Source of the DNA: Pseudonocardiaceae bacterium
GTDB taxonomy: Bacteria; Actinomycetota; Actinomycetes; Mycobacteriales; Pseudonocardiaceae
Direction: 5' to 3'
Length of the DNA: 35,861 nucleotides
NCBI GenBank assembly: GCA_046263115.1
Contig: JBHELN010000112.1
Span: forward strand, 1 to 35,861
Below the pieces are notes generated by a model that searched no databases, was not told where the DNA came from, and saw only the letters and a program-made list of their open reading frames with translations. The position numbers and the translations under genes were made by a program. Of the stretch, positions 18,602 to 26,003 are shown piece after piece (within the stretch, counting starts at the first letter, position 1; the number at the start of each line of letters is the position of its first letter).

Positions 18602-19936
18602 GGGGCGCATCCGGGCCACCAGGCCGGTGTCGTAATCGCCGGAGACGAACTCTGGGCGCTGCAGCAGCTCGGCGTGGAAGGGCAGGTTGCAGCGGGGTCC
18701 GGTGATGGTGAACCCGGCTACCGCCGCCCAGGCCCGCTGCAGCGCCTGCTGCCGATCACCACCGTGCACCACCAGTTTGGCCAGCAGGGAGTCATAGAAC
18801 GGCGTGACCACGGTGCCCGCTGCGTAACCGGCGTCCACCCGCACCCCGTCCCCGGTAGGTTCCGTCCACTCGGTGACCGGTCCGGGACCCGGCAGGAACC
18901 GCTGTGGATCCTCGGCGTTGACCCGCAGCTCGATCGCGTGACCAGTCGGCGCGGCAGCGTCGACGTCGAAACCAGGGTCAGCGCCGGCCGCAATGCGCAA
19001 CTGCGCTTCGACCAGATCTACCCCGTAGCGCAGCTCGGTGACCGGGTGCTCCACCTGTAGCCGGGTGTTCATCTCCAGGAAAAAGAACTGGCCGGTGTCC
19101 TGATCGAGCAGGAACTCCACCGTTCCCGCGTTGCGGTAATCCACCGTCGACGCGGCCAGCACCGCGGCGCATTCCATCCGGCCGCGCAGTTCCGGCGAGA
19201 CGGCGGGTGACGGGCTCTCCTCGGCGATCTTCTGATGCCGGCGCTGCACCGAGCAGTCGCGCTCACCCAACGCGATCACCCGGCCGTCGGCCAACCCGAG
19301 AATCTGCACCTCGACATGGCGCACGCGGGGGAAGTAGCGCTCCAGGAACAGCCTCGGATCACCGAAGAGCCGCTGCGCGAAGGCACTGACCTTGCCGTAC
19401 TCGGTGCGGACCGCGGCGGCATCGACCGCCACGGCCATCCCCATACCGCCGCCGCCGGCAGCGGCCTTGAGCATCACCGGAAAGCCGACCTGTTCGGCTG
19501 CGGCGACTGCGCTCTCTTCGGTGGTCACCGCGCCCGCAGAACCAGCCGCCACCGGCACTCCGGCAGCCGCCACACGCCGCCGTGCGGCCACCTTGTCGCC
19601 CATCGCGGCGATCGCTTCGGCACTGGGACCGACCCACACCAGGCCGGCATCGCACACTGCTCGGGCGAAGGCGGGGTTCTCGGATAGAAACCCGTAACCC
19701 GGATGCACCGCGGTCGCGCTGGTCTTGCGGGCCGCATCGAGTAGCTGGTGAGCGTCCCGGTAAGCCTGCGCAGGCGGTCCGTCCAGTTCGACGGCGTCGT
19801 CGGCTTCGGCGACGAACGGCAGCTCGGCGTCCACCGATGAGTGCACCGCGACGGTACGGACACCAAGCCCCTGCGCGGAGCGGATGACCCGCCGAGCAAT
19901 CTCCCCCCGGTTGGCGACCAGCAGCGACTCAAACAC
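18599..19936 (-). CDS. stand-alone biotin carboxylase (AccC-type ATP-grasp; no BCCP or carboxyltransferase domain)
   Basis: LLVANRGEIA, HPGYGFLSEN, MGDKVAARR, glycine loop AAAGGGGMGM, HVEVQILG, ERDCSVQRRHQKIAEESP and EMNTRLQVEHPVTE. The protein ends right after the BC C-terminal domain. Start moved to GTG 19936 because AAGGA abuts the first GTG (19945) but sits 9 nt before the second. Confidence 0.88.
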   Translation of the reverse strand: MFESLLVANRGEIARRVIRSAQGLGVRTVAVHSSVDAELPFVAEADDAVELDGPPAQAYRDAHQLLDAARKTSATAVHPGYGFLSENPAFARAVCDAGLVWVGPSAEAIAAMGDKVAARRRVAAAGVPVAAGSAGAVTTEESAVAAAEQVGFPVMLKAAAGGGGMGMAVAVDAAAVRTEYGKVSAFAQRLFGDPRLFLERYFPRVRHVEVQILGLADGRVIALGERDCSVQRRHQKIAEESPSPAVSPELRGRMECAAVLAASTVDYRNAGTVEFLLDQDTGQFFFLEMNTRLQVEHPVTELRYGVDLVEAQLRIAAGADPGFDVDAAAPTGHAIELRVNAEDPQRFLPGPGPVTEWTEPTGDGVRVDAGYAAGTVVTPFYDSLLAKLVVHGGDRQQALQRAWAAVAGFTITGPRCNLPFHAELLQRPEFVSGDYDTGLVARMRP

Positions 19937-19958
19937 CCACCACACTCCTTACCGTCGG

Positions 19959-20882
19959 TCAGATAGTGCCAGCCGGGGTACGGTCCAGGTCCGGCTCCAG
20001 GTAAATGATCCGGGCGGCGGAGACCGCGCTGCGAACCCGCGCTTCCGCTTCGTCGATGATCCGAGCGACCTCGACGCTGGGCAGGGTGGCAGGGACCGCG
20101 ATCTTCGCGGCGACCAGCAGCTCTTCCGGGCCGAGATACTGGGTCCTGAGGTGGATCACCCGGTCCACGCCACGCCCCACGAGTGCACCGCAGATCCGGT
20201 CCAGCTCGTCCTGACCGGCACCCTCACCGATCAGCAGGCTCTTGGTCTCGATGATGAGAATGATCGCGATGACACCGAGCAGCACGCCGATGCCTAGCGT
20301 GCCGAGCCCGTCCCACAACGGGTCGCCGGTGAGCACCGACAGCCCGATGCCACCGAAGGCCAGCAGCAGCCCAATCAGCGCGCCCGTATCCTCCAGCAGC
20401 ACCACCGGAAGTTCCGGGCTCTTGGACTGCTTGATGAACTGCCACCAGCTGTCGTCGCCCTTGCGCGGCCGGGACTCCCTGACAGCGGTACGGAAACTGA
20501 TGCCTTCGAGCACCATCGCCACCATAAGGATGCCGATCGCGACCAATGGTGAGCTGATCGGGTCGTGGCTGTGGATCTTATGTGCGCCCTCGTACAACGC
20601 AAACACCGAACCGAGGCTGAACAGCAGCAACGCCACCACGAACGAGTAGAAATAGCGATCACGACCGTAGCCGAACGGATGCTGTTGGGTGGGTTGCCGC
20701 CCCGCGCGGTGGCGACCGAGCAGCAACAGACACTGGTTAGCCGTGTCGGCTACCGAGTGCACCGCCTCGGCCAGGATCGATGATGATCCGGTGATCAGGA
20801 AACCGATGAACTTCGCCACCGCGATACCGGCGTTGGCCAGCAACGCTGCGATGATCGCGGTGGTCCCACCGCCTGCGGACAC
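19959..20882 (-). CDS. cation diffusion facilitator (CDF) family metal efflux transporter
   Basis: 307 aa with six TM segments. LAEAVHSVADTANQ (TM2 metal site), HPFGYGRDRYF and a C-terminal cytoplasmic domain. GTG start with GAGGAGG 8 nt upstream. Confidence 0.88.
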   Translation of the reverse strand: MSAGGGTTAIIAALLANAGIAVAKFIGFLITGSSSILAEAVHSVADTANQCLLLLGRHRAGRQPTQQHPFGYGRDRYFYSFVVALLLFSLGSVFALYEGAHKIHSHDPISSPLVAIGILMVAMVLEGISFRTAVRESRPRKGDDSWWQFIKQSKSPELPVVLLEDTGALIGLLLAFGGIGLSVLTGDPLWDGLGTLGIGVLLGVIAIILIIETKSLLIGEGAGQDELDRICGALVGRGVDRVIHLRTQYLGPEELLVAAKIAVPATLPSVEVARIIDEAEARVRSAVSAARIIYLEPDLDRTPAGTI

Positions 20883-20912
20883 CCGCGACGCCTCCTCGTA
20901 CCGGCCCTCTGC

Positions 20913-22148
20913 TCATCCCTGCACCCCGGGCAGAGCCCGGAACAGCTGCACCGGATCCGGTCCAGGGCACACCGTAACGTCAGGGTCGGTGGCGGCCAGC
21001 CACACCGACCTACCGCGCCCGATCGTGACGCGCCCACCTTCCGGCGACCACAGCTGGACCGAACCCTGGGTGCACAGCAGGATCTGAGGGCACGTGCTTC
21101 GCAAGCAGATCGGGTCCGACTCGCCGGGCGCCCAGTCCAGCCGAGTGAGCTGGAACTCCTCGGCAGGGCTGGGGTAGGCGGTCTCGTGCGGTCCGACCCG
21201 CTGGCCGTGTTGCACGTCCAGCTCGCAGTGGGAGAAGTCCAGCACCCGCAACAGCTCGGGCACGTCGATGTGCTTGGCGGTCAGCCCGCCGCGCAAGACG
21301 TTGTCCGAGTTGGCACTGATCTCCACCGCAGTGCCGCGCAGGTAGGAATGCAGATTGCCGGCTGGCAGGTACAACGCCTCGCCCGTTGCCAGCACTACAT
21401 GATTGAGCAGCAGGGCCGCGAGGACCCCTACGTCGCCCGGGTACGCCCCGGCCAGTTCCAGCACCACACGGCACTCATTGCGGAAATTGCCGCCGCGCAC
21501 CCCGTCTCGGCGCAGCAGCGCCACGCAGGCATCCAGAATCTGGGGCAACAGCGCCTTGACTGCCGGCTCCGGCATCGTGATCCAGGTGGTGAACAGCGTG
21601 CGCAGCCCGTCGGCATTCGGTTCGGCCGCGAGCATCGCGCGGTACGGCTCCAGTTGCGGCACGTCCAGCACGGCGAGCAGCTCGACAGTGCGCCGCGGTT
21701 CCCGGAACCCGGCTAGCGCATGCAGCTCGGTAAGCGCGCAGATCAGCTCGGGCTTGTGGCTGGCGTCGGTGTAGTTGCGCTCTGGAGCATCCCGCGGGAT
21801 GCCCATCCCCTCCTCGCGAGCAAACCCCTCGGCAGCCTGCTCGGCGGACGGGTGGGCCTGCAGGCTCAGCGGCTCCTCGGCCGCGAGCACTTTGAGCAGA
21901 AACGGCAACCGGCTGCCCCAGCGTGCCGCGCAAGTCCCGAGGTGGCGACCAGGATCCGCGCGCAGCGCTTCCACCAGGGCAGTCTGGCGGCCATCGGCAT
22001 GCAGCAGCACCGACGAATCCGCCGGATGCGCACCGAGCCACAGCTCAGCCTGCGGGTGCGGGGAGGGAACCGGGCCACCGAGCAGCTCCGCGATCGCAGT
22101 CCGTGAACCCCAGGCATAAGGCCGAACCGCGTTGCGCAACAGCTCCAC
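20913..22148 (-). CDS. manA: mannose-6-phosphate isomerase, class I
   Basis: ORF 20913..22319 trimmed to GTG 22148 (SD AAGGGAG 5 nt upstream, after the stop of the preceding gene). This gives MELLRNAVRPYAWGS, like mycobacterial ManA. ELWLGAHP, LSLQAHP, NYTDASHKPE and SANSDNVLRGGLT. Confidence 0.9.
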   Translation of the reverse strand: MELLRNAVRPYAWGSRTAIAELLGGPVPSPHPQAELWLGAHPADSSVLLHADGRQTALVEALRADPGRHLGTCAARWGSRLPFLLKVLAAEEPLSLQAHPSAEQAAEGFAREEGMGIPRDAPERNYTDASHKPELICALTELHALAGFREPRRTVELLAVLDVPQLEPYRAMLAAEPNADGLRTLFTTWITMPEPAVKALLPQILDACVALLRRDGVRGGNFRNECRVVLELAGAYPGDVGVLAALLLNHVVLATGEALYLPAGNLHSYLRGTAVEISANSDNVLRGGLTAKHIDVPELLRVLDFSHCELDVQHGQRVGPHETAYPSPAEEFQLTRLDWAPGESDPICLRSTCPQILLCTQGSVQLWSPEGGRVTIGRGRSVWLAATDPDVTVCPGPDPVQLFRALPGVQG

Positions 22149-22176
22149 AACCGCTCCCTTCACCACCGCTAGTCGC

Positions 22177-23337
22177 TCATTCCAGCGCCGAACCGCCGGT
22201 CGAGCCGATCCAGCCCGGCCCACCCAGCACGCCACGACCCAGCCCGAGGTAGAGCGCGGCGAAGTCGAACCGTAGGGCCAGCACCGCGGCGGCACACGCG
22301 GCGGCACCCGGGTCGTCATGCTGCACCATCAGCTCCTCGTCGGCGGTCACCACATCAGCGCCGGGCAACGCCTCCGACGCCGCGGCACGTTCGGGTTCGT
22401 ACCCGGCTGAAGCGCCGGAGGCGGGCACGCCCAGCAGCACCGGCCGCATCGCCGGCATCCGGCCCGGCTGATCCACGAACCGGTCCTCGAATGGATCGTG
22501 GAATACGTCGGCATCACCGCCGGCGCGGGTGGCTTCTTGGCGCAGCACCGGCAGTGCTGCCGCTTCGGTGAATCCCGCGGCATGCGCCACCACGCCCGCG
22601 TGTGCGGCCAGGGCACCGGCGCAATGCCCGGCCACCGCGGTGGCCACCGGATCGGTGCCCCACAGCAAGGGTGTTCGACCCTGCAGCCGCAACGCCAGCG
22701 CCTTGGCGGGATTGACCAGCGATTCGTGCGCGACGTAGTCACGCTCGGCTTCTCTATCCAGCTCGCCGGCCAGCACCTCAGTGTCGGTTTCCAGCAACTT
22801 GAGGGTGTCCAGCAGCAGCAGGCCGGCGGTCAGGGCACGGGGCAGGGCCAGCCCTGGTGGTACCTCGATCTTGGGCACCAGCAGCACCGCTCGGCCCGCG
22901 GCCGCAGCCGCGACCGGGCCGTCCGCAGGCGCGGTGAGCATCACCTGGGCTCCCCGGCGGACCGCGCGGTCGATGCCTTCGGCTAGCTCCCGGTCACCGG
23001 GGTCGGTGGTGTTGGCCAGCACGATGTCCAGCGCGCCGACCCACATCGGCACCGACCGCGTTGTGACCACCGGCACCGGGCAGGACGGCCCGAGCAGCGC
23101 GAGCAGCAACGGCGCGGCGGCTGGCGCTGCGCCCGGCCGGGTCAGCAGCACCAGCGCGCGCGGCCGTTGCCCACCCAGCTGGTCCAGGCCGGCCTCCAGG
23201 GCCGCGGCGGTCGTGGCGCGCACCTGAGCGCCCGCAGTCGCCGCAGCGCGGAGCAATCCACCGGAGTCGGTGGCCTCAAGACGCCGCGGGTCATCAAGCA
23301 AGTCGTCGTCGAAGCCCCCGCCCGTGCCGGGTGGCAT
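22177..23337 (-). CDS. SIS-domain (phosphosugar-isomerase-like) protein, Rv3256c-type
   Basis: Syntenic between Trm112/manB and manA. Ala/Gly-rich two-lobed SIS-like layout. ATG 23337 shares one nucleotide with the Trm112 TGA (TGATG). TTG 23346 and GTG 23340 are alternative starts. Confidence 0.7.
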   Translation of the reverse strand: MPPGTGGGFDDDLLDDPRRLEATDSGGLLRAAATAGAQVRATTAAALEAGLDQLGGQRPRALVLLTRPGAAPAAAPLLLALLGPSCPVPVVTTRSVPMWVGALDIVLANTTDPGDRELAEGIDRAVRRGAQVMLTAPADGPVAAAAAGRAVLLVPKIEVPPGLALPRALTAGLLLLDTLKLLETDTEVLAGELDREAERDYVAHESLVNPAKALALRLQGRTPLLWGTDPVATAVAGHCAGALAAHAGVVAHAAGFTEAAALPVLRQEATRAGGDADVFHDPFEDRFVDQPGRMPAMRPVLLGVPASGASAGYEPERAAASEALPGADVVTADEELMVQHDDPGAAACAAAVLALRFDFAALYLGLGRGVLGGPGWIGSTGGSALE

Positions 23338-23588
23338 CACCCGCAACCCTGCTCGCTGGCATGATCTTGGCCGCCATTGCTCGGGTCGGCATCCGGGCCG
23401 GTCCCCGGTAACGCCTCAGTCAGCAGCAGTACCGGGATCCCGTCGGTCACCGGAAAGCTGCGCCCACACGCAGTGCAGGTCAGGGCATCCGCCTCGGGAT
23501 CAGCCGCGGTGCCACTGTGAAGCTTGCCGTGCTGTGGGCACGGGCATGCCAATATCTTCATGAGCTGTGGGTCCAAGCTGACGACCAT
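23337..23588 (-). CDS. Trm112 family protein
   Basis: ORF trimmed to ATG 23588, preceded by GAGGAGGA. LMKILACPCP...LTCTACGRSFPVTDGIPVLL is the Trm112 zinc-ribbon-like signature. Confidence 0.75.
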   Translation of the reverse strand: MVVSLDPQLMKILACPCPQHGKLHSGTAADPEADALTCTACGRSFPVTDGIPVLLLTEALPGTGPDADPSNGGQDHASEQGCG

Positions 23589-23599
23589 CGTCGTCCTCC

Positions 23600-24958
23600 T
23601 CAATTGCCTCGCACCAGAGCCAGCACCTCGTCGCGCAGCGCTTCAACCGCGGCGGTGTCGCGGGCTTCGACGTTCAGGCGTAGCAGCGGCTCGGTGTTCG
23701 ACGGGCGAAGGTTGAACCATGAACCATCGGGGCACCGTATGGTGAGGCCGTCGAGTTCGTCGAGTTCAACACCCTGCTGTGCGGCGAAGTGCGCCCGCAC
23801 AGCGGCCATCCGGCCGCGCTGATCCTCGACCGTGGAATTGATTTCCCCGGAGGAGGCGTAACGGCTGAATTCTGCCATCAGCGCCGAGGCCGGGCGCTGC
23901 TGTTGGCCCAGCGCGGCGAGCACGTGCAACGCGGCGAGCATTCCAGAATCCGCGCGCCAGAAGTCGCGGAAATAGTAATGGGCGGAATGCTCACCGCCGA
24001 AGATCGCTCCTGTTTCGGCCATTCGCTGCTTGATGAACGAGTGGCCGACCCGGGTGCGCACCGGCCGCCCACCGTGCTCGGTCACGATCTCCGGCACGGA
24101 CTGCGAGGTGATCAAGTTGTAGATCACCGCTGCCCCTGGCTCGATGGCCAGCTCCCGGGTGGCCACCAGGGCGGTGATGGCGCTGGGGCTCACCGGCTCA
24201 CCGCGCTCGTCGATGACGAAGCAGCGATCCGCATCGCCGTCGAAGGCCAGACCCAGATCGGCGCCGTGCTCGCGCACGGCCGCCTGCAGATCAACCAGGT
24301 TGGCCGGATCCAACGGGTTGGCCTCGTGATTCGGAAAGTTCCCGTCCAGCTCGAAGTAGAGCGGGATGACGTCTAGCGGCAGCCCGTCGACTACCGCGGG
24401 CACGGTGTACCCGCCCATCCCGTTGCCGGCGTCCACCACCACTCGCAACCGCCGGATCCCGGACAGGTCCACCAGCGAACGAAGGTAGCGCGCGTAGTCG
24501 GCGAGCATGTCCCGCTCGACCACCTCACCACCGCCCGGTCCCGGCTGGATACCGTGCTCGACTGCAACCTGGATCTCGCGTAGCCCACTGTCCTGACCGA
24601 CCGGCGCAGCACCGGCCCGGCACAGTTTAATGCCGTTGTACCGGGCCGGGTTGTGACTTGCGGTGAACATCGCGCCGGGTAAACCCAGCCGCCCGGAGGC
24701 GAAGTAGAGCATGTCGGTGCTGGCCAGCCCGATCGAAGTGACGTCGAGACCGCGGCTGGTGACGCCTTGTGTGAAGGCGCCAGCAAGACCGGGCGAAGAC
24801 TCTCGCATGTCGTGCCCGACGACGACTGCACCGGTCGACTCGTTGCCCACGAAGTCGGCGAAGGCGGCGCCGATGTCGCGCACTGTCTCGGAATCCAGCT
24901 GTTCCCCGACGATCCCCCGGATGTCATAGGCCTTGACGATCGCTGATAGATCCGCCAC
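23600..24958 (-). CDS. manB: phosphomannomutase / phosphoglucomutase
   Basis: 452 aa. Phosphoserine loop TASHNPARYNGIK, Mg loop FDGDADRC and sugar loop GGEHSAHYY. GTG start with GGGAG upstream. Confidence 0.92.
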   Translation of the reverse strand: MADLSAIVKAYDIRGIVGEQLDSETVRDIGAAFADFVGNESTGAVVVGHDMRESSPGLAGAFTQGVTSRGLDVTSIGLASTDMLYFASGRLGLPGAMFTASHNPARYNGIKLCRAGAAPVGQDSGLREIQVAVEHGIQPGPGGGEVVERDMLADYARYLRSLVDLSGIRRLRVVVDAGNGMGGYTVPAVVDGLPLDVIPLYFELDGNFPNHEANPLDPANLVDLQAAVREHGADLGLAFDGDADRCFVIDERGEPVSPSAITALVATRELAIEPGAAVIYNLITSQSVPEIVTEHGGRPVRTRVGHSFIKQRMAETGAIFGGEHSAHYYFRDFWRADSGMLAALHVLAALGQQQRPASALMAEFSRYASSGEINSTVEDQRGRMAAVRAHFAAQQGVELDELDGLTIRCPDGSWFNLRPSNTEPLLRLNVEARDTAAVEALRDEVLALVRGN

Positions 24959-25014
24959 CGCTCTCCCTTCTTCCAGCCCCGAGCCTATCTTCGGTAATGC
25001 GGTGGGATCGCGAG

Positions 25015-25347
25015 TCAGTGGAGTAATCTGAGGTGGGAGCGGCCAGTACCAGCAGGAGAGTCCGCGGGGCGGTCTGGACGACCGGCTTCGCGGACGGCCT
25101 CGGCCAACGCGGTGAGATCGTCGTCTGAAGGTTCGGGCTCGGCGAACTCACCGTCGTGACGGACGACGTCCCAGCCTCGCGGAGCGGTCAGCCGTAGCGC
25201 GTGCCGTTCGCAGAGATCGTAGGAATGCGGCTCACTATATGTGGCCAGCGGGCCGACGACGGCGGTGGAGTCGGCATAAACAAAGGTGAGCGTGGCAACT
25301 GCCGGGTTTAGGCACCCGGTTTTCGAACACCGCCGCGCGCTGTGCAC
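25015..25347 (-). CDS. DUF3499-type conserved protein (Rv3258c-like)
   Basis: 110 aa. RRCSKTGCLNPAVATLTFVYADSTAVVGPL...YDLCERH matches the family as I recall it. GTG start. Confidence 0.8.
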   Translation of the reverse strand: MHSARRCSKTGCLNPAVATLTFVYADSTAVVGPLATYSEPHSYDLCERHALRLTAPRGWDVVRHDGEFAEPEPSDDDLTALAEAVREAGRPDRPADSPAGTGRSHLRLLH

Positions 25348-25422
25348 GGCCTGCAGACGATAGTGCGCACCTCCTGCCCAGTGCGGCAGGCGCGCGGCGC
25401 ACCCGGGCCTGTGCGTTTCGTA

Positions 25423-25486
25423 GCTTGTTCGGCCGGGCTTGTTCGGCCCGACTTGTTCGCCGGCCCCGGCTTGTTCGGCGGGCCCG
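25423..25486. repeat. Four tandem copies of CTTGTTCG(G/C)C in the divergent intergenic region
   Basis: CTTGTTCGG at 25424, 25438 and 25470, and CTTGTTCGC at 25452 (spacing 14, 14, 18 bp). The array lies 24-87 bp upstream of ATG 25510. Confidence 0.8.
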
Positions 25487-25509
25487 CTGGTCCGGCGTAG
25501 TCTCGATGG

Positions 25510-25995
25510 ATGACGGTGACCCGGTCAACCCGATCGCGCCGGCGCAGGCGCCGGGACCGGCGCGGCCGTGGCGTCCGGGGGCTGCTCTACCCGCCCACCC
25601 TGCCCGCAGCCCGCAGCCGGGCGGAACGGTTCGATGCGATAGTGCTGGAGGCTCTCGAACCGATCGACGAGCGCTGGCACGTCGAGCTTGATCGCCTGGA
25701 CGTCGCGGTCGACGAGGTACCGGAAGTGACTGACTGCGATCCGACCACAGTCACCTGGGGCGCCGACATCGTGGAGGACGGGAACATCCCGCTCGCCCGC
25801 CTGGTTCCGGCAGGGGTGGACCGCGCCGGACTTCCCACCCGCGCGCGGATCGTGCTCTACCGGCGTCCGCTGGAAAATCGCGCTCACGATGGTGGTGACT
25901 TGTCCGACCTGGTTCACGAGGTGCTGGTCGAACAGGTGGCGAACTACCTCGGTGTCGATCCGGACGTCATCGACGGTCCCGCAGAACCGCGCTGA
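25510..25995 (+). CDS. Rv3259-like 'metallopeptidase family' (zinicin-like) protein
   Basis: 161 aa. Arg-rich N-terminus, then LLYPPTLPAARSRAERFDAIVLEALEPI and LVHEVLVEQVANYLG. The expected HExxH reads HEVLV, so peptidase activity is doubtful. Confidence 0.75.
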   Translation: MTVTRSTRSRRRRRRDRRGRGVRGLLYPPTLPAARSRAERFDAIVLEALEPIDERWHVELDRLDVAVDEVPEVTDCDPTTVTWGADIVEDGNIPLARLVPAGVDRAGLPTRARIVLYRRPLENRAHDGGDLSDLVHEVLVEQVANYLGVDPDVIDGPAEPR

Positions 25996-26003
25996 GCCAG
26001 CGA

